Shown: one piece after another, positions 48,100 to 59,221 of the stretch
How the letters are laid out: each line of letters begins with the position of its first letter
Numbering within the stretch: position 1 is the stretch's first letter
IMG/VR virus record: IMGVR_UViG_3300045125_000071
Location: 1 to 64,000 of that record
Strand: one strand, 5' to 3'
Length of the DNA stretch: 64,000 nucleotides
Position numbers and translations under genes: made by a program
The notes under the pieces: model-generated
What the model was told of the DNA's origin: nothing
The model's input: the letters and a program-made list of their open reading frames with translations, nothing else
Database searches by the model: none

Positions 48100-50992
48100 A
48101 CGAAAATAGCGTGTGCAATAGTGTCGCTATTTTCTTCATTAAAAATTTCATCTTCATTGTTTTTAACATGGCTTTGATTATTATCCAATAGTTTTCTATT
48201 ATGGTCAATCCATGATTGGTCAATATATTTTAAACTATCTTCTACATACATAAAATATGGGTCTATACCCATTTTATTCCAAAACAAAACTTCACTATCC
48301 GACAATGTTAAAACCTCATCCAACTTGTCTTGGTTTTCAGGTTTTAATGGATGACCATTCACCAATTTGCACTGGTGTTTTGTGAAATATTGTCTGTTTT
48401 TAGGGTCATCAATAAGTATATCTTCTCTTATTTCGGGTTTAAATACCACGAGCAGAGGTTCGATTCTTTTATTGAAAATTTCAATATATCTTGCAACATT
48501 ATAATCACCTTTCATATCGGGATTTTCCATGATTTCTTTTTCTGGAATCATATAGAGAATTAATCTCTAATACCCTATAATTATCTGGCATAGGTATCCC
48601 ATGAGTTGACTCATATTCTTTTTTCTCTTTTTTTGTCCACTTATTTTTCATGTTGACATCACCAGAACCTTTTTTGTTCCGTTATTAACATAGAATATGG
48701 TTTCACCCAAATTTGCTGGGTAGTTATTTTGTATTACTAATTCCATATGTGCTTGCCTGGACATTGGTGTTCCCGCTTTTGTTACTTTCTTAATATGTTT
48801 TCCGTAATCATCAACTGATTGTTTCACACGAGCTTTGTTAGCAATTTTAGCCAATGGTATCTCTTTGTTATGAATCTTTTCGATGTATGAATAATACAAT
48901 TCAATGAATGATAAACCATCACCATTTAACAAGTGCTTTAATCCTTCATCCAAAAAGTCTGCAACATATTGTTGTAACTTCTTTGACTTAATAGTATTAC
49001 CTGTAAGTTTAATTTTTTCTTTACCTTTTTTAACAATCTTAATGATGTAGTTTTTCTTTGAAACATTTATTGTTGCTGGGGCAATATAGTCAATATCTAA
49101 ACCCATTTCATCTCTCATGAATATGTCATTGAATTCAGCAACATCAGCAGCAATTCCTTCATATAACTTACCATTTTCAACCAATTCATTCAACCCCTTT
49201 CCAATATATGTGTGTGTTTCAACGTCTGGTGGTGTTTCAAAGTTCACACCATCAGTGTCCATAACCAATGCTTTATAACCTTTTTTCATGAAAAACATAA
49301 TCATCATCCTCAAGCATTGTCTTCCAATACAAGTTGTCATTTCACCAAGATTCATATCACCCCATGGGAATACGTGAGGTGCCGACAATGAGCCGAAAAA
49401 CGCGTTGATGAAGATTTTGATTGGTAATTGTTTTCTATCATACATTTCTGACATTGTGGGGTCAGAATCTTTTAATTCGGAAGTTAACCTTTTATATTTG
49501 ATACGAATGTTTCTAAAATAACCCAGCATTGTTTTTAGTGCACCCAAGATATCACAATCAGGAAATATGTCATAGTACAGCTCAATAGACGGGTATAGAG
49601 AAGCAAAGTCAAACTTTACAATATTTTTAGAATATCCAACATTCAGTAACCTAGATAGACCACCAGTAATCTTTCTTTTTCATCTTTAAGTGGAATCGGT
49701 AAATTATTCTCGTAAGACCAAGCAACCATAATTAGTCTCCACAATGACGCTGTACCCATCGTGGCAACTTTTTCATATGTTGTTGGGACAAGTTTTGAAA
49801 GCAAAAAAGTTGATTGACTAAAAGAATCGTCAACAATCATTGTTTCATACAAGTCGTCATCAAGATATTGTTCTACAATTTTTTGACCTGACCATATTTC
49901 ATATGATTTCGGATACTTTTGTAGTAAGTTTTCAGTACCAGGGGTACCAATCTTTTTGTATTTACCTGTTTTAGGATTTACATAATAACTCTCATCATCC
50001 AAATAAATTTTGCTGATTTTATCACCATCAACATATACACGATTTGGTTTTTCTTTTTCAAGAAACTTTGTAACGTACTTTAACCCCCAAGATTTAATTT
50101 CTGAATTTATCGCTTGTGCTCTTCTAACTGAATGTGCGATATCTATAATGTTAAAACCAAATAAAATATGTTGGGTGTATTTTTCAACTTCATTACCTAA
50201 TTTTAATACACCCTCTCTTTCTTTAATTGGTTTATTGGTTATAATACTTGTTAATTTGTCAACATCCAAACCTAACAATTCTGCTCTTTTTAAAATAAAA
50301 GGCAAGTCAAAAGAGGCGGAGTTGTAACCACCAATAATTGTTGGTTTTAATAATCTAATAGATTCAAAAATTCTATTATACATAATTTTTCACCATTTTC
50401 ACCATACGCTGGTATTGTTTTTTTGTACCCTCTATTATCTTTAACACCAATTAATATTATTTTATTGACATTAGGGTCTAGTCCAGTTGTTTCAATGTCA
50501 TATACAAATCGATGAACATCTGAATAATCTTCTATCCCCTTAAATAACTTTTTTCTTTTGAATAAGAAATTGTTCAACTGGAGATAATATTGTGAAATGT
50601 TTTTTATAATTTTCATTCCACGGGTCAATACCACCATTCTTAAAAAATTAATCATGTGGGTATAAGTTTTAATACATTTAATTAAAAACTTATGCCCATT
50701 TTCTAACCTTTTGTCACCATGAGTATTTAATTTTTCAATTAAAATACCATAATGACTCATCATTTTTTTAATTCGGATTTATTTCCTCTGTAAAAATTTA
50801 ATTCAGACAAATCCCCACACACATAAATGGTGTAAATGTGTCTGGTTTTGTTATCTTACCTTGTTCTGGGTCCTGAATGATTTTATGAATTAGATGATTC
50901 TTATAGTCATATTCAACACCAACAATATATTTTTCATTATCCTCACCATCCAAAAATTTTTCAATAATTTCTTGTGAAATGACATTAGACAT
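48096..50992 (-). CDS. polB: family B DNA polymerase with 3'-5' exonuclease (~965 aa, frameshifted)
   Basis: ExoI YDIETTG, ExoII GYNSASFDLPF, ExoIII YLDDDL; DFASLYPSI, KIFINAFFG, MDTDG, KKNY. Confidence 0.93.
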
Positions 50993-51062
50993 AAATAATT
51001 CAATATTTTATATAAAAACCAAAATAGTTAGAACATGCAATCTAAAGAAAAATATTCGCAAA

Positions 51063-51431
51063 TCAAACAATGTTGATAAACAATTTTTCTCTAATTGGTA
51101 AAATCAATTTTGTTGTTGGATTTTGGTCTGTATCAAGGAATTGAATAATTATTTTTCCTTCAAAACGGCCTTTTTCTGCTGTCTGTAATTCAGTAAATCT
51201 GTATACAATATAATACTCGTCTGTTGTATTTTGGAATTTTTTTGTTCTTGTTGTGATACTACATTCTTCATCTAATATAACAGGAATATCTGTTTTAATA
51301 TCATACATTTCAAATGTTATATTAGCATTTTCTAACATATCATTCATAGATGATTTATCATTTTTTCCATCATCAATCATTCTTAATTTCAGTATGGGGT
51401 CACTAGCACCCTGTCTAATAAAAAATTCCAT
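51063..51431 (-). CDS. Ig-fold virion protein, BppU N-terminal-like
   Basis: FFIRQG..DPILKL, VYRFT...TAEKGRFEGKI; late motif upstream. Confidence 0.5.
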   Translation of the reverse strand: MEFFIRQGASDPILKLRMIDDGKNDKSSMNDMLENANITFEMYDIKTDIPVILDEECSITTRTKKFQNTTDEYYIVYRFTELQTAEKGRFEGKIIIQFLDTDQNPTTKLILPIREKLFINIV

Positions 51432-51436
51432 ATACT

Positions 51437-51443
51437 ATAAATA
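51437..51443 (-). promoter_or_regulatory. TATTTAT late-promoter candidate
   Basis: 5 nt upstream of ATG at 51431. Confidence 0.6.
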
Positions 51444-51501
51444 TAGCACCTAATGGATATTTTTTTAATATTTTTATGATAAACTTATACAAAAGAACAC
51501 A

Positions 51502-51534
51502 GGAAGGGTAAGGAGGCCTTTCACCCCATTTTCC
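51502..51534 (-). other. GC-rich intergenic RNA hairpin (terminator or small RNA)
   Basis: GGAA/UUCC, GGGU/ACCC and AAGG/CCUU stems; TATTTAT at 51550-51556 just upstream; U-rich tail downstream. Confidence 0.45.
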
Positions 51535-51580
51535 GTAGATTTGGATATTATAAATAAATATTGTTAAAAAGTAAATTGTT

Positions 51581-51718
51581 TTATAATGATGATTCTATAG
51601 TAAACATAGTAGCATCACCATTATTATTTATCCAATTTATTGCATCAGTTATGTTATCAAATTCCAAATTTGGAACTACCAATGGTGTTTCTTTTCTTAA
51701 ATCAATTATATAGTACAT
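51581..51718 (-). CDS. 45-aa hypothetical protein (not in ORF track)
   Basis: MYYIIDLRKETPLVVPNLEFDNITDAINWINNNGDATMFTIESSL*, directly after the TPT-repeat gene. Confidence 0.5.
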   Translation of the reverse strand: MYYIIDLRKETPLVVPNLEFDNITDAINWINNNGDATMFTIESSL

Positions 51719-51719
51719 G

Positions 51720-52649
51720 TTATGAGAATGTTATTGTTATTGTTTGTGTTGGGGCATTGCAAGTTGATTGGTTTGTACCACCCCAGTTTGCGTTTCTTAT
51801 AAATGGTCTCATTGTATATTTCCCAGCGCCACCACAAGCACATAAACCATCGTTGGTAAACTCAATAGCATTGGCTGGTGTTGGAGATGTTACACTACAG
51901 TTTTGTGCTACACGCCAAGTATTGCTGCCGATTACAACCGATACGCTTGTGCCTGTTGTGCCTGTCCTAAGTGCATTTGCTAATGTTTGTACATTACTTG
52001 CGTGTGATACCGTTATACTACTACCATTTGAGCTTGACCATACAAATTGTGTGTAAGTTCCTGTTAATTGTCCCCTAAATGTTGTCCACGCATTTTCTAT
52101 TGTTGTACCAGGACTTACACCATTTGTAAATGTTTGCGGAAAAGTTACACCCGTACTTTGTGTTGGTGTCACACTTGGTGTTGGTGTATTGGTTGTTGTA
52201 ACAGTTGGTGTTACGGTTGGTGTTGGCGTATTTGTCCTAGTTTGTGTTTGTGACGGTGTGACAGTTGGAGTTGGTGTGGCAGATTGTACTGGTGTACTGC
52301 TTGGTGTAATATCAAATATATCAGATGTTGTCAAATCAGATGATGTTACCCACATATTTGATTGATTGTCTGCCCAAGCCAATACATCAGATATTGTACT
52401 ACCAGTTGAACCAAAGATTTCAAAAAATAAATGCATTGTAAATCATCATTTGCAACATGAATACTTGGTCCCTGGAACTCTTTTGCGACATATATTGTAT
52501 ATCCACCTACTGGTGGAGTAATCCCATTATAAAATCCAGTTATATTTGTTGGGCCATAATCCGCAGCACCACTTACACCAACACGAAAATTTTCTCCTTG
52601 TTGTGGATAAGATACTACTTGTTGTACCTGATTTTATGTAATTGGGCAT
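51720..52649 (-). CDS. virion decoration/fibre-like protein with Thr-Pro linker
   Basis: Start MPNYIKSGT (indels); TPT repeat stretch; Cys-containing C-terminal domain. Confidence 0.6.
52150..52310 (-). repeat. Thr-Pro mucin-like coding repeat
   Basis: TPSSTPVQSATPTPTVTPSQTQTRTNTPTPTVTPTVTTTNTPTPSVTPTQST. Confidence 0.85.
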
Positions 52650-52665
52650 GTTAAATTTTATAAAA

Positions 52666-52710
52666 ATAAATATCTTAATAATTTTTATACTATACTTAAA
52701 AGATATTTAT
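52666..52710. promoter_or_regulatory. divergent pair of TATTTAT motifs
   Basis: ATAAATATCTT at 52666 and AAGATATTTAT ending at 52710 form an 11-bp inverted repeat between divergent genes. Confidence 0.65.
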
Positions 52711-52733
52711 TAATGACAAAAAAATAATATAAC

Positions 52734-52925
52734 ATGGAAAACGGAAAATTATTTAGTTTTATTGGTTCTTTTATTAGTCATGGCTATTGCCATCGGAATC
52801 TTCTTTATGTTAATGGAAAAGGAAATGCCCCAGTCAAATAGGGAATTATTAATTGCCTTTGTTCTGTATTATTCGGTGCAATGGCCACATCAATTAAAAA
52901 AATAACTGGAGACAATGAAAAGTAA
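52734..52925 (+). CDS. small two-TM membrane protein, holin candidate (two indels)
   Basis: Reconstructed FIGSFLLVMAIAIGIFFML-MEKEMPQSNRE-LLIAFVSVLFGAMATSIKK. Confidence 0.45.
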
Positions 52926-53223
52926 GGAATTTATCATTATGACTATTGCATCCCTATTATTATTAGGGTTTGTAGTGTATATGTTTAATTATTCATTCAA
53001 AATGACAAAAACAGGATTAATTCGTCAAGATTTACAAAACGATAGTGTCTTGATGATACAAAACAATCAATTAAAATCATCAGATTCTTTGTTAAATGTT
53101 AATGATGACCAATTAAATATCAAATTGGACAACCATGAAACAAGATTAAGAAAATTGGAAACCAGAAAACCAATTGTTAGAAAAGACACCGTGTTTTTAG
53201 TCGGTGAACAAATTGGGGAATAA
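52915..53223 (+). CDS. N-terminally anchored coiled-coil membrane protein, spanin-like candidate
   Basis: TM FIIMTIASLLLLGFVVYMF, then coiled coil LDNHETRLRKLE; overlaps the preceding gene. Confidence 0.45.
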   Translation: MKSKEFIIMTIASLLLLGFVVYMFNYSFKMTKTGLIRQDLQNDSVLMIQNNQLKSSDSLLNVNDDQLNIKLDNHETRLRKLETRKPIVRKDTVFLVGEQIGE

Positions 53224-53252
53224 TCTATATTAGGTTATTCCCCATTTATTTT
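53214..53252. terminator. terminator at the convergent junction
   Basis: TGGGGAATAA...TTATTCCCCA 10-bp stem, T-rich tail on the + strand. Confidence 0.7.
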
Positions 53253-54154
53253 TTAAGTAAGTTTCTGTATTTGTTATTTCAGTATTTGTTAATGCTTTTG
53301 TATAAAGTAATAATTCACCAATATAACCATCTAAATCTTCTGTTGCATCTGCGGTTTCACCTATGTAGAATACAGATGTATCAGAACTTGTTTGTTCCAC
53401 TTGGATTTTGTGAAAATGTCAATGTTCTATCTACACCATCAATTCTAAATTTCAACCTATTACTTATTTCCTGTTTGTGTCCCATCAAATACTGCGGTAA
53501 ATACATGAAACACTGTTGTTATTGTAACACCACTTGTTTTCCCAAACCTTGGCCCATACCAATTTGATAATCACCGCTTCTTATTGATAACCAATTTGCG
53601 TTTCTTTGTGCATTATTAGTACCTAATTGAGTCAAGGTATTTGTTGCAGATGCGTTGTTAAATCTACCCACAATAATCATGGTTGCACCTGTCAATGATT
53701 GGAAATTTGTTATTGGATTAATGGTAAACAAATCATTATCACCATCGAAATAAGCAACATCTTTCCCATTTTGAAAACTTGTTACCTGTTTTGGTCTTTT
53801 ACCACCAGTTGAGTTAGCTGGTTTAACAGTACCCGTAGATTTGTCATTTACAGAGTTAATATCTGTACCTGTCCCTAATGTAATGGTTGTGTTGTCAGAA
53901 AAATCATACCAAACTTCCAAAGTTGGGTCATTAGCAACAGGTGGTGGTATTGTACTTGTTGATGGTGTAATTGTTGGAGTCACTGTATTGGTCGGTGTAA
54001 CACTTTGTGTTGGAGTCACTGTATTGGTCGGTGTTGGAGTAGGAGTGTTAGTCGGAGTATTGGTAGGTGTTGCAGTAGGTGATATCACCTGGTTTGGTTT
54101 TCTTTTTCCAAATCTATTACTGCTACCCCTAAATGATGATATTCTATTTATCAT
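53230..54154 (-). CDS. LamG/concanavalin-A-like lectin domain protein with Thr-Pro linker (tail fibre/adhesin)
   Basis: LEVWYDFSD..TIT, YFDGDNDL, and after a frameshift YIGELLLYTKALTNTEI..TETYLKNKW. Confidence 0.7.
53955..54085 (-). repeat. Thr-Pro coding repeat
   Basis: SPTATPTNTPTNTPTPTPTNTVTPTQSVTPTNTVTPTITPST; TGGAGTCACTGTATTGGTCGGTGT occurs twice. Confidence 0.85.
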
Positions 54155-57100
54155 GACCCAAATGATGATAAGGAACCTAAAACATCCCAAGTTGAACCAA
54201 CTCTAAATGCTGTAAGACCAATTATTTCTGTTTTATTTGCACTACCAGATGGTACAATACTATCGGCCCATTTAATCGTCACATTGCTTGAATTAAATTG
54301 ATATGCCGATGCACTATATGGAGTAACACCTTGTGTAACAACAAACGTCATCGTTAATGCTTTATTATTTGTTGTTGGAACATTTGTTATGTTCCATGTT
54401 CCATTACCAGTCAATCCTGTAAGATAAAATATTGAACCACTTGTATAATCAAATGTATTTCCACTGAACCCGCCACTGACCGCTAAATTCTCACTAACTC
54501 CCCCTTATATCCAATGAACCAGTTATTGTTAGCCCATTTGTATAGTTGCCAGAACCACTAACATCTAAAGAATAGATTGGTAAAGGTTGATTTATACCTA
54601 TTCTACCATTAGCTGAGCCCAAAAATGGTGATAATGAAGATGTTTCAAAATACGAACCAGTACCAAATATTAAACCACCCAAGTTAATACTATCTTTTCT
54701 TCCGTTTTCAAGTGATATATTTGTACCAATAATTATATTATTAGAATTAACACCTGTATTATCGGGTGATTTACCAACTTGGTATCCTATAAAAGTAGAA
54801 AAAGAAGCACTTCTTGCATATTGACCAGTATGATATCCTATAAAATTTGAATACGATGCGCTATATGCCGATTCACCAGCATATTCACCAATTAAAACAG
54901 AATATTTTCCATGTTCAGAATCTAAACCAGCACGACTACCTATAAAAATACTTCCAGTCACAGACCTTACACTATACCCAGCGTATGTTCCAATAAATAC
55001 AGATTCAAACGCACTTGCATATTCTCCAGCATTATTTCCTATAAACGTAGAAAAACTTGAACTCAAAGATTCTCTACCAGAAGCATAACCAACAAAAACC
55101 GAAACTCTTGAATTTCTTGTTCTCCATCCAGATTGGTATCCAATAAATGTATTTATATCTGATACTCCTTGTATTTCCATACCCGCTTCTCTTCCTATAT
55201 ATTGTGAAAGATAACTATTTGATGAACTATACCCAGCGTTTTGTCCAATAAAAATTGAACTATTATTGTTTACTAAAGATGTGTTATATGTGTACAATGA
55301 ACTTCCTGTTACTGCAAATGGATATGATGAACTAACTGCATTATTTGCCCAACTTGATGTTCCTTGTAATGAACCTGTAAAATTAGTTGCCTCAATAGAA
55401 CCTGTAACTGTTAATCCATTTGTATAGTTACCAGAACCACTGACATCTAAAGAATAGATTGGTAAAGGTTGATTTATACCTATTCTACCATTAGCGGAAC
55501 CAGAAAAAGGATTACCTGTTGTTGTTGCATATGACCCAGTACCGAATATTAAACCGCCTAAATTAATACTATCTTTTCTATCATTTTCAAGAGTGATATT
55601 AGTACCAATTATTGTGTTATTGCTTCCTATACCATTACTACTAACTCTAGCACCAACGTTATAACCAATCAATATTAAATCTCTCTTTAATGTTACTGAT
55701 ACGCCATTTATTCCAACACCAGCACCATTTCCTATTATATTTGAATGTATAACATTGGTAGTTTTAGCACCAGCAGAAAGACCTATCATTGTGTTCGGGC
55801 CCTTATCATCCATAACTGAACCAGACCCTGCATTTGTACCTATTAAAATAGTATTTTGTAATCCTTGAGAATATATTCCCGCATTAGTTCCTATTGCAAT
55901 AATATTAGTAGAAGGTGATGAATTTTGACCCGCTGAAGTACCTATTAAAATAGCATCATTTGTAGTACTACCTAAATTAGAACCCGCTTGATAACCTATT
56001 ATATTAGAATTAGATAATGCTCTAGTTTGATACCCCGCTTGATAACCAAAAATATTACTATTTTGTACAGTAAAGAATTGATTTGCTCGTCCAGCATCCA
56101 CACCAACTACAATATTGTTTGTTGTTACACTTGTATCTGATGGTGTTTTTGGTATCCATGAATTTAATGAATATATTGCGCTTCCTGTTACTGCAAATGG
56201 ATATGATGAACTAACTGCATTATTTGCCCAACTTGATGTTCCTTGTAATGAACCTGTAAAACTATTAGCAACAACAGAACCAGTGACTATCTGATTACCA
56301 TTAAATTGATTTGAACCTGTCGTTACTAAATTTGTAGGGATTCCTGTAAATGCGGTTGTTTGTATTGTTGAATCTGGAAATGATATTGTTCCTTCAGGAT
56401 TAAACGACCAAAGATAATTATTTGATACAATATTGATTTGTGGATTTTCACCACTTGGTATACTAACATTACTATTTTCGCCACCCAAATATAAAGAGGC
56501 ACTTGAATTATCTTGAACACCACCAGCCCTTATATGGATATGATTTGGATATGTCGGGTCAATTATCAAATATTGGTCATATTCAGTGTCTTTTCTGGTT
56601 TCAATTCAATTGTTGTAAAACCATTACCATCACCCGAACTATTTGGAACAAAACGTAAACTACCTGAACCACCAATAATATCATTCGGAATAGTTAATGA
56701 ACCAGACCTATCAAAAGTAAAAGTATGACTACCTGAAAACCAATTTGTTCCAATGTATGCAGCCGTATCATCAACCCACATATATTGATTTGAATCACTA
56801 CTTTGTAACTCAGCCCATCCACCTTCAGCAGCTTTTAAATCAATACTACCAGAATTACCACTATCATTTGCGATTATTTGTGCACCACCATCAAAAGTGA
56901 TAGACCCCGTAACAACAATATCTGATTCTCCATTTATTATTAAAGAACCTGTTATTTTAACGGAACCTGTAAAGTTGTGGGTATCATCAAATGAATTACC
57001 GAATTGAGTCGAACCACTTATTGTTTCTATAACAATATTTGATACGGATGAACTTAAAATATATTGTTGTGCGGTTAATGAACCGCTTATAATCAAATCT

Positions 57101-57276
57101 CCATTTATTGTTTGACTACCTGTAAACATATGTGAACCACTATTTACCAATACTTGTCTTAAATGATTTAATGTGTGTTGAAATGTAACACCAGAATAAA
57201 CTACGGTTGTCACACCACTTAAAGGTAAATTAGATAACGAACCGCTTGTTAATTCTGTAATTTTCTTTGTTGCCAT
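54151..57276 (-). CDS. long tail fibre/adhesin (~1040 aa) with two Gly-rich repeat cassettes
   Basis: ORFs 56566-57276, 54494-56569 and 54151-54414 joined across indels; ~14-aa N.(F/I)IG..AG repeats typical of trimeric adhesin/fibre beta-rolls. Confidence 0.7.
54539..56261. repeat. tandem ~880-bp cassette duplication inside the fibre gene
   Basis: Identical 81 bp at 55302-55382 and 56181-56261 (offset 879); identical 53 bp at 54561-54613 and 55443-55495 (offset 882); interiors divergent. Confidence 0.9.
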
Positions 57277-57280
57277 TTAC

Positions 57281-57287
57281 ATAAATA
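57281..57287 (-). promoter_or_regulatory. TATTTAT late-promoter candidate
   Basis: 4 nt upstream of fibre ATG at 57276. Confidence 0.65.
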
Positions 57288-57288
57288 T

Positions 57289-58389
57289 TTAATATACTAA
57301 TATGTTATTATCTTCTGTTAATATTATTTCATCTAATTCTGTCATTATTGCAAATTCTGAAAATTGCATTATTATGTTTATACACTCATCTTGACATTCA
57401 TTCACATTATAATATGGAATAATTTCTGTTTTGTAATAATGTTTTATATTTGGATAACCTAATGGTTCTTCAAAATATTTTATTTGTTTTAAATTAAACT
57501 CAGTTGTTCCAGTATGAATATTTGTAGAACCAGATGTACCGCCACCCCATATTTGTACAATATTATTATCAGAACCCCTAACAGAAGGAACAACTTCTTC
57601 CCAATCTTTTACTTTATATATTAATCTACCATTTAGGTATATCTTTAAAGTACCTAATCTATAATCTCTTTCGGATAACCAATTTTTGTTTAATGTTTCG
57701 ATTATTGTATATTCTTCAGTGGCCCCTGTAATTACATCAATTGGATTTGTAACCGTCCATCCCGTTATATAATCGTTTGAACCGCCTCTATTTAAAATGT
57801 CACAATTATCCAAATAATTGTTTCGTTTAAAAACTATTGTAATATCAAAATCATTTGATGTACCACCACTACATAAAACATTTGTTTGTCCAGAAGCAAT
57901 ATAATTCAATTCCGTATATCCTGATGTTGTTTCACAATATCCCGAAATGTGATAAGATTCCCATTTAATTCTACCATCATCAGTAAAACTGAACGAAAGG
58001 TTATTATCTAAATAAAATCTTTCGTTTGTTTCATTTTCAATACCCCAGTAATAAAATGTACTACCACTTGTCCAGGGTAACGTTTCTCTATTGAAAACAA
58101 AATCTAAAGTCCACCCATATTCTGTTCTTTTTCTAATTGTAAAATCACAAGTATTTCCCGTATAAGGCTCTGTAATATTTATAGACCATGGTTTAATACT
58201 ATCTAATGTTACATCTAAACAAGAAGAATCTATTGTTAACCCAGTATAAGTAATTTGATTGTTAAAATCTAAAACATCTGTATCAAAATCAATTTCTGAC
58301 GTACCAAATTCATAATCATAGAATTGAGATGAATCTAATCTTAATTTTAGTCTTTGACCCCAGTATCTTAAAATATTTTGACTATTCAT
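57289..58389 (-). CDS. virion protein, possible lectin-like fold
   Basis: Intact 366-aa ORF; GWTLDFVF, GTLKIYLNG, LKQIKYFEEPL; late motif upstream. Confidence 0.55.
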   Translation of the reverse strand: MNSQNILRYWGQRLKLRLDSSQFYDYEFGTSEIDFDTDVLDFNNQITYTGLTIDSSCLDVTLDSIKPWSINITEPYTGNTCDFTIRKRTEYGWTLDFVFNRETLPWTSGSTFYYWGIENETNERFYLDNNLSFSFTDDGRIKWESYHISGYCETTSGYTELNYIASGQTNVLCSGGTSNDFDITIVFKRNNYLDNCDILNRGGSNDYITGWTVTNPIDVITGATEEYTIIETLNKNWLSERDYRLGTLKIYLNGRLIYKVKDWEEVVPSVRGSDNNIVQIWGGGTSGSTNIHTGTTEFNLKQIKYFEEPLGYPNIKHYYKTEIIPYYNVNECQDECINIIMQFSEFAIMTELDEIILTEDNNILVY

Positions 58390-58395
58390 GTATTA

Positions 58396-58426
58396 ATAAA
58401 TATCTTTCATAACATTTGATATTTAT
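58396..58426. promoter_or_regulatory. divergent pair of TATTTAT motifs
   Basis: ATAAATATC (58396) and GATATTTAT (ending 58426) inverted between divergent ATGs at 58389 and 58442. Confidence 0.65.
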
Positions 58427-58441
58427 ATAAAAAACGATTTG

Positions 58442-59221
58442 ATGAATAATTTTATAAAACAAGTTATAGAAGAAAAATTCGCATCAAAAGCACAACAGAG
58501 GTATTTTTATGCACAAGCTGGAAAAGGTGGTAAAAAGGGTAAAAAATGGGCTAAATGGGCAAAAGAATTTTCTGATGATACCGATTTTGAAAAAATACCC
58601 GAAAAAGTAGAGGAAGAAGAGATTGATGAAATTGTTGATGAGAAAGGTAATATTATGAGAAAAAATACCATTATCATTAAAGAAAAGCGGAATAACGCAA
58701 AAAGACATAACAGATAGAGTAGTGAAAACTGGCGCAGCATCTATGGGTACTCACGGTGTACACGGTACACACACATCATTGAGATATTGGGCCGAAAATA
58801 GACAAGAATTAAAAAAACTTATTGAAAATACAATTGATGAAATAGAAATGGATGATGCTCTTGGATATGATGAAACATTAGGTAAAGACGCTTCTTATGA
58901 TGAGGCGTACAAATATTTTAGAAAAATTTAAATTTATCTGATGAAGAAACTATAGAAAGACTAAAAAATTTAGGATATGATGAAAAATTAAAAGGTAATA
59001 AAGTTAGATTGATTGAAAACCCTAAAAAATTTATTGAAGAATTTATTGAAAGTATATTATCTAGAAAAAATTCAGATTATGAACTGGTAAATTCGTCAAA
59101 TAAAGAAATTAAAGAAATTAACCCAATTATAAAAAGACAATTAAAATCATTTAAAGAAACGTTAGAAAATAATAATTTATCTATAGAAGATGTTTTAGAA
59201 TATTTAAAAAACAATGAATAG
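58442..59221 (+). CDS. acidic/basic hypothetical protein, possible head-internal protein (three fragments)
   Basis: ORFs 58439-58717, 58722-58931 and 59009-59221 are collinear; FASKAQQRYFYA basic motif. Confidence 0.55.

Noticed and set aside
48096-50992. Naturally split or intron-containing DNA polymerase
   Set aside because: Fragments abut or overlap with no extra sequence and sum to a normal ~965-aa PolB; indels explain the breaks.
51515-51527. 13-nt match (GGGGTGAAAGGCC, minus strand) to a conserved 23S rRNA segment as recalled
   Set aside because: Too short; a chance match to some part of rRNA is plausible, and there is no flanking rRNA similarity.
54539-56261. Diversity-generating retroelement template/variable repeat pair
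   Set aside because: The repeats are either identical or differ mostly at synonymous positions without an obvious adenine bias; both lie in-frame in one gene, and no reverse transcriptase is in the window.
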